NCBI GenBank assembly: GCA_021647905.1
Contig: JAKITW010000003.1
Location: 3,503 to 67,502 of the forward strand
Reading direction: 5' to 3'
Source of the DNA: Desulfobacterales bacterium
GTDB lineage: Bacteria; Desulfobacterota; Desulfobulbia; Desulfobulbales; BM004
DNA: 64,000 nt
The notes under the pieces are model-generated. The model saw nothing but the letters and a program-made list of their open reading frames with translations, did not search any database and was not told the origin of the DNA. Below are positions 17,899-26,943 of this stretch, one piece after another. Position 1 is the first letter of the stretch; each line of letters starts with the position of its first letter. The position numbers and the translations under genes were made by a program.

Positions 17899-19356
17899 CT
17901 ACCCTTCCGGAATCATGGGAAGAAGCGAATAGGCCCTGGTGGACGGCAACGGCAGGATGACGTAGAAGTTGTTGCCCTGGGCAGTCTCCTCATAGCCGAC
18001 CGTGCCGCCATGCATTTCAATGACATGCTTGACAAAGGCCAGGCCATGTCCGGTGCCCGGCCGGCCTTCACTGTTCCGGCCGCGGCCGCCTTCGAAAAAA
18101 AGCCGCTTCACGTCGTCCCGGCTTAAATGGGGGCCGGTGGTGAACACATTGAACTTGATCCCGTCCTGGCCCGGCCCGAAATAGTCGGGAAGCACCTCCT
18201 GGCCGTAGGCCACGGCCTTGCGCGGCCGGCCATGGTGGTCGATAATCGTTTCAGTATACTTGGCGGCATTGGAAAAGAAGTTGGCATAGACCTGGGCCAG
18301 GAGCCCCTTGTCCACCAGGATCGGAAACTCTTCCGCAACCATGTCCGTGGGCCGGTCAATGGTGACCCCGGCGTTTTCCAGCCGTTTCCGGTACTGCTCC
18401 AGCTGCGGTTCAATAATCTCTTTTTCCACCAGGCACCGTTTGGGCTGGAGCACCAGGTGGCCCTTCTGGAAATGCTCGCGCCGGAACAGGCTCTCCAGGA
18501 ACAGGCTGACATTGTCATGATGTTTGCGGATCTCCTGGTAGTTGTCGGTCAACTCCTTGCGCAGACCGGCAACGGTGTCGATGACCCGTTCGTATTCCGC
18601 CGGGGTTGCATCCCTGCCGCCGGCCAGTTTCCGGATCAATGCCTCAAGGTCGGCTATTTCCACGATCCTCTTCTGCAACTGGTTGAAGAGGTAGCGGAAA
18701 TACATATTAGGGATGATGACGTTATGCTCGATATCCAGCACCAGGCTGTTGATAAACTTGAGGTGGCGGATATTCTGTTGGGCGATATAGCGGTTGTAAA
18801 GCCGGTAGCCGAGCCGGTTGGCATACTTGACCAGAAAAAAACGGTCGCTTTCAGACAGGCCCTGCTGGGGAAAAACCGCGAAAAGCCCGATCAGCCGGGA
18901 AAGCGGCGGCCCTGAATCGTCGCCCTGTTCATCCAGATCAACGGGTTCGGTGGGCAGGGCCCGCCGAAAGATGGGCACCACGTAGAACTCACCGTGGACA
19001 TAGGGCCTGGTGCTGGGATGAATTCCAGTGGGCACCGGGCGGGTGTCGGTAACCAGCCCCTCCAGGCTGCTGCAGGCCAGCCTGAGATTCTTCCCCTCCT
19101 CGTCAAGCAGATATAGGTTGCTCTGCAACCGCATCACCTCCAGGGGCACGGCCACGCAGATTCGATACAGGTCGGGCAGGGAAACGAATTCCTGGGCCAG
19201 GTCAAAGAAACATTTCAGCAGGTTGTCCTGGTCCCGGGAAAAATTGTAACGCCGGTAGCTTTCGGTCTTTTGGCGAACCCGCTTGAGGATATGTCTCAGG
19301 TCATTATTTTCCTGTTCAGCGACCATCGCAATTCCCCTTTGCCACCCTTGCGGCAA
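17899..19356 (-). CDS. Sensor histidine kinase (HATPase_c C-terminus)
   Basis: N-box FFSNAAKYT and G-boxes GTGHGLAFVKHVIEMHGG. The start may be the internal MVAEQ at 19326. Confidence 0.7.
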   Translation of the reverse strand: MPQGWQRGIAMVAEQENNDLRHILKRVRQKTESYRRYNFSRDQDNLLKCFFDLAQEFVSLPDLYRICVAVPLEVMRLQSNLYLLDEEGKNLRLACSSLEGLVTDTRPVPTGIHPSTRPYVHGEFYVVPIFRRALPTEPVDLDEQGDDSGPPLSRLIGLFAVFPQQGLSESDRFFLVKYANRLGYRLYNRYIAQQNIRHLKFINSLVLDIEHNVIIPNMYFRYLFNQLQKRIVEIADLEALIRKLAGGRDATPAEYERVIDTVAGLRKELTDNYQEIRKHHDNVSLFLESLFRREHFQKGHLVLQPKRCLVEKEIIEPQLEQYRKRLENAGVTIDRPTDMVAEEFPILVDKGLLAQVYANFFSNAAKYTETIIDHHGRPRKAVAYGQEVLPDYFGPGQDGIKFNVFTTGPHLSRDDVKRLFFEGGRGRNSEGRPGTGHGLAFVKHVIEMHGGTVGYEETAQGNNFYVILPLPSTRAYSLLPMIPEG

Positions 19357-19553
19357 GCAACCGGATTTTTTACCGGTCCATTGATCCCGCGCTTGTCAGG
19401 CACCAACCAGTGTCTGTCCAGAAATGAGCAATTTCGTTCAAGATCAAGGATCGCGAAAAAAACAACCGGAGTCATATAAATGATATTACGAGGATTATTT
19501 TTTGAGTATGACGCCGAGATTGGGCGAAAGGGCCCTTTCTGGACGGGCACCAA

Positions 19554-20099
19554 CTAGGCAACAGACTCGAGTACAACCTCATCCCCGGCCAGGGACTCGT
19601 CCAGCAGAACATGGACATGCTCGTTGGCGCCCACCTCGACCTCCATCCCGGTATAGTCGGGCTGGATGGGCAGCTCGCGGCGGCCGCCGCGATCGATCAG
19701 CACCGCCAGCTGGATCATGCTCGGCCGGCCGTAATCAATGACCGCGTCCAGGGCCGCCCGGATGGTGCGGCCGGTAAAGAGGACGTCGTCCACCAGAACA
19801 ATGGTCTTTTCCTCAACCCCAAAGGGAATATCAGTGGTCTTGACAATCGGGTTCGGGGTGATCCGGCTCCAGTCGTCGCGGTAGAGCGTGATGTCCAGGG
19901 TGCCCAGGGGCAGCTCGATCTGTTCCCGCGACTGGATGGTCTCCTGGATCCGTTTTGCCAGGAAGACGCCGCCGGTGTGGATGCCGATGATCGCCAGGCT
20001 GTCCAACTCACGGTTTGCCTCGACGATCTGCAGCGCGATCCGGGACAGGGAACGTTCGATATCCCGGGCCGACATGATTGTTTTTCTGTTTCCTGACAT
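19554..20099 (-). CDS. pyrR: Bifunctional pyr operon regulator/uracil phosphoribosyltransferase
   Basis: IVLVDDVLFTGRTIRAALDA PRPP-binding motif. Start set at ATG 20099 behind a GGGGAG RBS. Confidence 0.85.
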   Translation of the reverse strand: MSGNRKTIMSARDIERSLSRIALQIVEANRELDSLAIIGIHTGGVFLAKRIQETIQSREQIELPLGTLDITLYRDDWSRITPNPIVKTTDIPFGVEEKTIVLVDDVLFTGRTIRAALDAVIDYGRPSMIQLAVLIDRGGRRELPIQPDYTGMEVEVGANEHVHVLLDESLAGDEVVLESVA

Positions 20100-20159
20100 G
20101 ATTGTGTCTCCCCTCTTCAAAAAAACCGCTGGTAACGACAGGTTAACCCCCGGAGTCAA

Positions 20160-20732
20160 TTATTTCCAGAAATAATCGAATCCCCTGGCATCCACCAGGT
20201 TGATCGCCTCGGGATAGGCCTCGCATTCAGCGGCAAAGACCTTGGCGGCGATATCATCCGGGCGGTCACCATCTTCCAGGGGCACGCATTTCTGCACAAT
20301 GATCGGCCCCTGGTCGTAGACCTCGTCGGCGAGATGGACAGTGCAGCCGCTTACCTTGACCCCCCTGGCCTTGACGGCCCGATGGACCCGCATCCCGTAA
20401 AAACCGGCCCCGCAAAAGGAGGGGATCAGGGATGGATGGATATTGAGTACCTGTTGGCGCAGATGCGCGGGCGGTTCATAGAGTTTCAGATACCCGGCCA
20501 GGCAGATGCAGTCGATTTCATGGTTGGCGAGCAGAGCGTTGGTCGTGGCATTATCCCGGCCATGGAAGGCGGGGTAGCCGTAATCCATGGCCTTGGTCAG
20601 TCCCAGGGCATCGGCCCTGTTGGAGATCACCACCTGGATCTCGGCATTGAGAACACCCGCCTTGATCCGCTCATGGAAATTATCCAGGGTCCGGCCGCTG
20701 CCGGAGAGCAGTACTGCCAGCTTCAACATCAC
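20160..20732 (-). CDS. purN: Phosphoribosylglycinamide formyltransferase
   Basis: LAVLLSGSGRTL, NIHPSLIP and GCTVH motifs. Confidence 0.85.
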   Translation of the reverse strand: MMLKLAVLLSGSGRTLDNFHERIKAGVLNAEIQVVISNRADALGLTKAMDYGYPAFHGRDNATTNALLANHEIDCICLAGYLKLYEPPAHLRQQVLNIHPSLIPSFCGAGFYGMRVHRAVKARGVKVSGCTVHLADEVYDQGPIIVQKCVPLEDGDRPDDIAAKVFAAECEAYPEAINLVDARGFDYFWK

Positions 20733-21350
20733 TTATTCTCCTGTAAGGGGGGTGACGGCCGGATCGATCTTGCCCAGCCAGGCGGCAATGGCGGTGTCGT
20801 AGCGGCTGGTAAGCTCGAACACCTTGACCGCCAGGCGGAAACGGGTCTCCACGGTGGTATTGCCGCTCTCCCTGAGTTCGGCCAGCACCTGGGGATAATC
20901 AGCCGGATCGACGATCACCGTGACGTCCTGATAATTCTTGGCCGCGGCCCGGAGCATGGTGGGGCCGCCGATATCGATGTTCTCAATGGCATGGCCCACG
21001 GTGCAGGCCGGATCGGCGGTGGCCTTGTCAAAGGCATAGAGGTTGACCGCGACCAGGTCGATGGGCTGCAGGCCATGCTCGGCCATCTGCCGCTGGTGGG
21101 CCGGATTGGCGCGCTGGGCCAGAATACCGCCGTGCACCTTGGGATGCAGGGTCTTGACCCGGCCGTCCAGCATCTCCGGGAAACCGGTGAACTCGGCCAC
21201 GTCCTTGACCCTTATCCCGTGGTCCCGCATCCTCTTGGCCGTGCCGCCGGTGGACAGAATTTCGATCCCCATGTCCTGCAACTCCCTGGCAAAATCCTCG
21301 ATCCCGCTCTTGTCGGTCAAACTGATCAGGGCTCTCTCCATCTTTTGCAT
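20733..21350 (-). CDS. purH: Stand-alone IMP cyclohydrolase (MGS-like N-terminal half of PurH)
   Basis: [11 protein letters not shown]...STGGTAK...[16 protein letters not shown]...[15 protein letters not shown]. About 205 aa with no AICAR transformylase domain. Start at ATG 21350 after AAGGAG. Confidence 0.8.
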   Translation of the reverse strand: MQKMERALISLTDKSGIEDFARELQDMGIEILSTGGTAKRMRDHGIRVKDVAEFTGFPEMLDGRVKTLHPKVHGGILAQRANPAHQRQMAEHGLQPIDLVAVNLYAFDKATADPACTVGHAIENIDIGGPTMLRAAAKNYQDVTVIVDPADYPQVLAELRESGNTTVETRFRLAVKVFELTSRYDTAIAAWLGKIDPAVTPLTGE

Positions 21351-21377
21351 CGATATTTCTCCTTTTTTATAAATCAA

Positions 21378-21406
21378 GGTGTCAGGTGTCGGGTTACAGG
21401 TGTCAG
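21378..21406. repeat. Tandem heptamer array GTGTCAG/GTGTCGG/GTTACAG/GTGTCAG
   Basis: Same heptamer family (GTNTCRG) as the arms at 30122-30151 and 30239-30268. A partial inverted partner ctgacacc lies at 21445-21452. Confidence 0.6.
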
Positions 21407-21559
21407 AAAAAACCAAAATCGCCGTTCAGAGTCAGGAGGTTAACCTGACACCTCTTGTGTCGTTTATATGAAAGTCGCACCGGACGAAGCTCACTGTCCG
21501 GGGAGATTTTCATTGTTGGTTGTGGCTGCGGCCCAAAAGTCATGGTCCAGCCATGCTGG

Positions 21560-21964
21560 TTATTCGTCCTTTCTTGTAAAACTTCGAATTTTGCGGCGGT
21601 CCCGTTTGCCGGGCCGGTGTTCCGGGGCATGGAGCATGGCCGCCGGCCCGAGGATCCGGCGCATCTGCCGGGCCTTTTCCCGGGCCAGAACTGATTCCCC
21701 GGTCTCCTCGTACAGGGTGCGGGCGATCCTGGCCGGGCCCCTTTTTTCAGACAGCTCCAGGACCAGGACCACGAACTCGACATCGCCCCGCCGGATTGTG
21801 AGTTCATCACCGGTGCGCACGCCCCGGGAGGGCTTGCTCCGCTCACCGTTGATACGGACCAGACCGCCGCTGACCGCCCGGGTGGCCAGGGAACGGCTCT
21901 TGTAGAAACGGGCCGCCCACAACCAGCGGTCCAACCGGGTTTTTTCCGTGGTTTCCTCGGTCAT
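21560..21964 (-). CDS. hslR: Ribosome-associated heat shock protein Hsp15 (S4 domain)
   Basis: RLDRWLWAARFYKSRSLA...VRINGERSKPS is an S4 RNA-binding pattern. Confidence 0.8.
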   Translation of the reverse strand: MTEETTEKTRLDRWLWAARFYKSRSLATRAVSGGLVRINGERSKPSRGVRTGDELTIRRGDVEFVVLVLELSEKRGPARIARTLYEETGESVLAREKARQMRRILGPAAMLHAPEHRPGKRDRRKIRSFTRKDE

Positions 21965-22106
21965 CTTCCGGATGGGGTTGTTTCATATTCCTTTCAAAAA
22001 CACCTTAAGTCTACTCAAACGGGCCGGCGGCTACCACCTGAAAAATCGGGTTTCAGGGCAGGCCTCCGGGAACTGTTCCTGCTAACCGTCTGCTGAAAAA
22101 AGGACA

Positions 22107-25007
22107 CTACCAGAAAACGTTGCCGAGTGTTTTCTTTATTTTCAGGCTGCCGTTTTCAATGGCCACCATTTCATTAACAGCAAAGGACTCCTCATGGGTC
22201 AGATCCTGATCAAGGATATAGCCGGTCACCTTGGCGGTGTAACTGATGCTGACCTCGGTGGTGTGGTGGAGCGGACCGTTTTCCAGATTGCTGATCCGAT
22301 ATTCGATCCGGTCAAATGCATCAAAGGAGTTGGCAAGGGATTCTTCCAGGTCGGTGAGATCGCTGCCGTCCGCCGATGACCAGTCATCGGCAAGCAGCCG
22401 CAGCACCCCGGTCAGGTTACGGTTGCTGTATTCCCGGGCAAATTCCCCGTACAGCGCCTCAATCATTTCCCTGGTTATATATTGGGCCTTTTCGGTTTGA
22501 CCGGCTGGTTGCGGGCCAGACGTTTCCCGGGGTCGGTTCGGGCTCAGACCGAACATTGTCGGCCACTGGCCCTGGATTTCGTCCATCTGCTTTTTGAATT
22601 TTGCAAACTCTTCATACAGGTTCGGCCGATAGTTTTTCAACGGACCCATCCCGGGGTGAAAATCCGCATATTTTCTGGAAAAGGGCAGAAGATAGGCAAC
22701 CGCCTTGTTTTTCACTTCAGGGAAGAGCACCGGAATCGGGTTGTAGTTGTCAACCGGCAACACCCTTAACCCGGTGTATTGGTCCAGGAACTTTTCACCC
22801 TTCTGAAAGGCGCTGATGAATTTTGCAACCTCGCCTTTATTAAGAGCGACAAGTTTTTTATACCAGTCCTGCCTGGCGATTTTAACCATTCTGTCGACCA
22901 TCACCGGTTGCAACAGGCCGCCGCCCTGCCAGGCATCGATCAGTTCCCGCAGGGATTTCATGGTAAAGGAAATATTTATGTTTCGCTGGTCAAGTGTGTA
23001 TTCAAAAGAGTTTTTCAGCTGATATATATGCCAGTACCTGTCGAGTTCAGGCAGGAGCAGCCTGGCTTCCTCGCTGGCCTTATCGTAAATTCGGTTGTTA
23101 AGGAACCTGAGGTTTATCTCGTCGTTAAAAGCGGCAAATTTACGGGCATGATGCTGAATGTCGGATTCAAGCCGGGTCAGGGAAGTCCGGTACTGGTCAA
23201 GCAGAAGCTGGTTTTCTGTCAGGGCTCTCTGGAGTCGCGCCATTGAGTCCATCACCGCTGTCACCTCGTTACTGCCGGCGCCGGCCAGGTTCATGGTCTC
23301 ATTGATCAATTCCTCCGCAGTGTTAAGAATAACATCAACATCCCGGGAAGCCCGTTGAATATTCCGTTCCCATTGCGATTTTTTTTCCGCGGCATATTGA
23401 ACGACCCGGTCCAGTTCGTTTTCAACCTCGCTGATTGCGGCGGCGGCATTGTTCAGGGCCCCGCCGTTGTTTGCTTGAATCCCTGCCTCATAATTCAGAT
23501 AGACATAGCCGAACAAGGCCATGGAGTAATTATCAATGATGCGCTGGTCCGGGTTTTCCGGGATGGCCAGATCGTTCTGGCCGGCATAAAAATTTTCCTG
23601 GGGATTGAGATCATTAAAATCAGGGAGTGCATCCTTTTTGATTTCCAGAGCGGTATTCCGGAGTTGATCCTGGAATTTTTTTAATTTCGCGATTGCCTGA
23701 TTCCTTCGCCCGGCAGCGCTTTCATAGGCCGGCAATACTTCTTCATGCCAGCTCTTGTACAAGGCCTGCTGTTTGCGGAAAACGGATTTTATGGCATCAT
23801 TATAGAATATTACAACGGTATCAAGGCAGACCGGGTCATACACATACCCCTTGTAGGGTATCCGCGGAGGTTCCGGGGGCACGGCCAGGAATGGCCGGGC
23901 CAGGGTGGTATAGTAGCTCCAGTCGATGGTGCCGTTATAAATACCGATATTGGCTTCACGGAAATTTGCCAGTTGAGCAATATTTGTTTTTTGATAATTC
24001 TCCAGCTTATCGAGTAATCGCCGGTAGAGCAGACCCTGAAGGCGTCTGGTTTGTTGCGCCGGGTCGATATTGACACATCCGGGCCGCACCGTGGGCAGTT
24101 GCCCCGGTTGCCGCGTTCCCGTATCATTCTGTTGGGGTTCAGCAGGCCCGTCATGTTTTCCCTGGACTGCCGGCGCCTTTTTATTCGGCCGGCCGGGAGC
24201 GGCGCCGGATAAGGAGGTCCGCAGGGATTGCGTTACGCTCAGTTTGTCGGCAGCGGATTTTTTCAACAGTTGTTGATATTGACGGGTGGCAAAATAATAG
24301 TATGACCGTTTTTTGTCCCGGGCCCGGGCCTGGAGTTTTTTGACCTGGTCATGATACTTGCGGTATTTGAGGGCCAGGTCCAAGGTCTTGGCCCACATTT
24401 CATCCTTTAACCGGTCCACCCATTTTTTTCTGTCGAGCCAGGGTTTGGTGGCAGTGATCGCCTTCTGGTTTTCGGGAAATTCAAACCACTCGTTAAATTG
24501 ACGCGCCAGTTGGCCGATGTTGGCGAAATTCCCGTTTCCCTGGCGCCATTGATTTACCCGGGGCAAGAGGAAGTTTTTTATAAAGTATTGGCGGCTCTGG
24601 TCCTCGGCCCAGCGTTGAACCTCGGTATAAGAACCCTTGGCAAAATCCCAGGCCCAGGTGATGGCGCCGGCGCCGCTGCCCAGCACCGCCTTGAGCAGCA
24701 TTCCGGCGACCTGTTCACCGGCCAGGTTTCTGGCCTTGTCCGCCTCACCGTTTGCACAGTGATCAATAATCTGGAGATAGGTTGTGACATCCGCCTCGCC
24801 CAAGGCCCCGCTGGAAACCTTGTTCAACTCGGCATCAAGATGTTCTTTCAGCCTTTTTTCAAGTTCCTTCCTGATCTCCTGGTTGGTAATGGTCGCGGGA
24901 ATATACTGGCTGATTCCACTGGGAGCAAGGGAGATCGCCCCGGCCGAACCGGCGGCTGCCAGGGTCGTCAGGAGTATGAATGGAAGAAGAATATTCCTTA
25001 CGCGCAT
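22107..25007 (-). CDS. Large exported protein (966 aa), apparently helix-rich, unknown function, with a C-terminal module resembling an NTF2-like fold by eye
   Basis: Start placed at ATG 25007, giving the signal peptide MRVRNILLPFILLTTLAAAGSAGA. Long charged stretches suggest helical regions, which I have not predicted formally. I recognise no family. By eye it is more AT-rich than its neighbours. Confidence 0.6.
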   Translation of the reverse strand: MRVRNILLPFILLTTLAAAGSAGAISLAPSGISQYIPATITNQEIRKELEKRLKEHLDAELNKVSSGALGEADVTTYLQIIDHCANGEADKARNLAGEQVAGMLLKAVLGSGAGAITWAWDFAKGSYTEVQRWAEDQSRQYFIKNFLLPRVNQWRQGNGNFANIGQLARQFNEWFEFPENQKAITATKPWLDRKKWVDRLKDEMWAKTLDLALKYRKYHDQVKKLQARARDKKRSYYYFATRQYQQLLKKSAADKLSVTQSLRTSLSGAAPGRPNKKAPAVQGKHDGPAEPQQNDTGTRQPGQLPTVRPGCVNIDPAQQTRRLQGLLYRRLLDKLENYQKTNIAQLANFREANIGIYNGTIDWSYYTTLARPFLAVPPEPPRIPYKGYVYDPVCLDTVVIFYNDAIKSVFRKQQALYKSWHEEVLPAYESAAGRRNQAIAKLKKFQDQLRNTALEIKKDALPDFNDLNPQENFYAGQNDLAIPENPDQRIIDNYSMALFGYVYLNYEAGIQANNGGALNNAAAAISEVENELDRVVQYAAEKKSQWERNIQRASRDVDVILNTAEELINETMNLAGAGSNEVTAVMDSMARLQRALTENQLLLDQYRTSLTRLESDIQHHARKFAAFNDEINLRFLNNRIYDKASEEARLLLPELDRYWHIYQLKNSFEYTLDQRNINISFTMKSLRELIDAWQGGGLLQPVMVDRMVKIARQDWYKKLVALNKGEVAKFISAFQKGEKFLDQYTGLRVLPVDNYNPIPVLFPEVKNKAVAYLLPFSRKYADFHPGMGPLKNYRPNLYEEFAKFKKQMDEIQGQWPTMFGLSPNRPRETSGPQPAGQTEKAQYITREMIEALYGEFAREYSNRNLTGVLRLLADDWSSADGSDLTDLEESLANSFDAFDRIEYRISNLENGPLHHTTEVSISYTAKVTGYILDQDLTHEESFAVNEMVAIENGSLKIKKTLGNVFW

Positions 25008-25142
25008 GTTTTTCCCCGCGCTGTCAGCTTTTTTTATATCAAAGCCGCCACGAACGTACTGCCCAGCCATGCCGGGGTGACGCCCTTCATTGTTTGGATT
25101 ATGGCCAGCGGATATGGTCCGGCCATGCTCCATGCTGGTCAA

Positions 25143-25586
25143 TCAAAAAAACCGGTCCCCTTTTACCTGCAGGATCCGGAAGCTGTCGCCTGCCGGCTTG
25201 AGCAGGATCTCGCTCTGGCCTGAACGCTTATGAGGGTTGCCCCGGCGATCCAGGTAGGACATCTGCCAGCGGACACTGGCATTGAGCAGGCCGTCGCTTT
25301 CAAGCACCTTGTTGACCATGAACCGGATGTCCACCAGATTTTCATTGCGCCAGCGGTTCTCCAGCCGCTGCCGCAGTTCCTCATACCCCTCGTAATAGCC
25401 AGGGGAAAAGAAATCGCGGACCTTGTCCCAGGTCTCCAGCTTAAGCCCCTGTTCCAGGCCCTGGAGCTGGTTTTCAACCGCGGATTTGCGGTTGTCGCTG
25501 GCCCAGGGCGTACCGGCACAGGCAGCCAGGCTGAAAACAAAAAGGAGCAAGGCGGGCAAGACAAAAAAATTGTGGTTTAACTTCAC
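25143..25586 (-). CDS. Small lipoprotein, possibly NTF2-like
   Basis: GTG 25586 follows GGGAGGG. The lipobox is LFVFSLAAC. The body WDKVRDFFSPGYYEGYEELRQRLENRW...VRWQMSYLD resembles the module seen in the two neighbouring proteins. Confidence 0.55.
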   Translation of the reverse strand: MKLNHNFFVLPALLLFVFSLAACAGTPWASDNRKSAVENQLQGLEQGLKLETWDKVRDFFSPGYYEGYEELRQRLENRWRNENLVDIRFMVNKVLESDGLLNASVRWQMSYLDRRGNPHKRSGQSEILLKPAGDSFRILQVKGDRFF

Positions 25587-25674
25587 GGCAGACCCTCCCG
25601 AAGTGATCAACAGGTGAAGAAAAAGGCCGGACCCCATCAACGGGGCCCGGCCGGCACGATGAACCGGACAGCAA

Positions 25675-26937
25675 TTACGGCCCGGAAACCGGATATTTAT
25701 AATTAATAACACAGGTCAAGGGTGCGTTTAACTGATCAACCTCAACTATCGCATAGGTGCCGTTGCCAAGCTTGACGGCAAAGGTGCTGCCGGTGGTGGC
25801 CGGGGCCGGGTTGAACTGATCGTACGGCCCGGCCGGGGCCTGGGTGGCGGTGTCAAAGGAGTTGTTCGCCATGGCGACCCAGGAGGCGTTGTTGTTCATG
25901 AAAAAAATGTTGGTTTCAAAAATAATATCACCGTCCCAGGCGCCGAGGGCGCCGGTGGCCAGAAAAATGCCCTGGCCATTATCCAGGGTGGCGGTTTCCG
26001 CGGAGCCGCCGCCGCTCTCCGTGTCGTCGCCCTGTTCGGCCAGGCCGCAGTCACCGTCATTGTTGCAGCCCAGGACCTCGCTGCCGATTGATTCTTCGGT
26101 AACATTGGTAGCCACGTCGCCCGGATTGGAAACCCCGAAGATCAGGGGGGCGGCCATCTCGGAGAGCAGAAAACCGCTGCCCCGGGCAAAGGTCATGGAA
26201 GAGGCGGCGCTGTCCTTGAGCAGTTGACCGCTTTTTGCCACCTGAACCTGGCGGTTGAAGGTGAAGTACAGTTCATAGTTACCGTCAAAGGGGACGATCC
26301 TGGTGATGTTCGGCTCGATCCTGATATTATCGAAGAACAGAAAATCATCGGAAACGGCGTCTTCCAGGGCCGCGAGATCGCCTTCAAAATCCGGGTGGAC
26401 CAACCGCATGAAGCCAGCCTGGTCTTCCGCCATGTAGAGGCGCAGCAGTTCGTTGAACACGGTCTTGACATTATCGGTATTAGGCATGTCGCCCACCAGA
26501 AAGGTGAAACTGTGGTCTTCCAGGTCACTGGCTTTGCCGGCAGTGGATAAGGCCTTGATCCGGAAATCATATTCCCGCTCAAGCTCCGGCTTGAACTCCA
26601 GGGTGAACATGCCCCGGTCGCCCAGGACCGCCTTTTGCCAGGTCTCGCCGCCGTCAAGGCTTATTTCAACCTTGCCGATGACCCCTTGGCCCAGTTCGGC
26701 CTGGCCGCGGATGATGAGTTCGCCGCTGACCAGGTCTTCCCTGGCCAGGGTGATCCGCTCGTCAACGTTTTCAACACTGACGGAGTTGAATCTGATGCTG
26801 GTGAATTCCGGGGTGTTGTCCTGCCTGCCGAAATCCCACCATTTGGCCTCGCCAGGGGTGGCGGTCAGCAGCATGACGCCCATGTAAAAGGCGGCAAGGA
26901 GCAGGATAAAACCTTTTTTATCTATTCTGTTATCCAT
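25675..26937 (-). CDS. Exported 420-aa protein of unknown function
   Basis: N-terminal signal/anchor sequence. A central stretch VKTVFNELLRLYMAEDQAGFMRLVHPDFEGDLAALEDAVSDDF...YELYFTF recalls the lipoprotein module. The C-terminal third is Gly/Asn/Asp-rich. Confidence 0.6.
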   Translation of the reverse strand: MDNRIDKKGFILLLAAFYMGVMLLTATPGEAKWWDFGRQDNTPEFTSIRFNSVSVENVDERITLAREDLVSGELIIRGQAELGQGVIGKVEISLDGGETWQKAVLGDRGMFTLEFKPELEREYDFRIKALSTAGKASDLEDHSFTFLVGDMPNTDNVKTVFNELLRLYMAEDQAGFMRLVHPDFEGDLAALEDAVSDDFLFFDNIRIEPNITRIVPFDGNYELYFTFNRQVQVAKSGQLLKDSAASSMTFARGSGFLLSEMAAPLIFGVSNPGDVATNVTEESIGSEVLGCNNDGDCGLAEQGDDTESGGGSAETATLDNGQGIFLATGALGAWDGDIIFETNIFFMNNNASWVAMANNSFDTATQAPAGPYDQFNPAPATTGSTFAVKLGNGTYAIVEVDQLNAPLTCVINYKYPVSGP

Positions 26938-26943
26938 GATTGA

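Noticed and set aside
21378-21406. The heptamer arrays and the 49-bp direct repeats as a CRISPR array
   Set aside because: The repeat units are 7 nt in tandem, or occur only twice 560 bp apart. There is no regular repeat-spacer periodicity of 25-40 nt and no cas genes.
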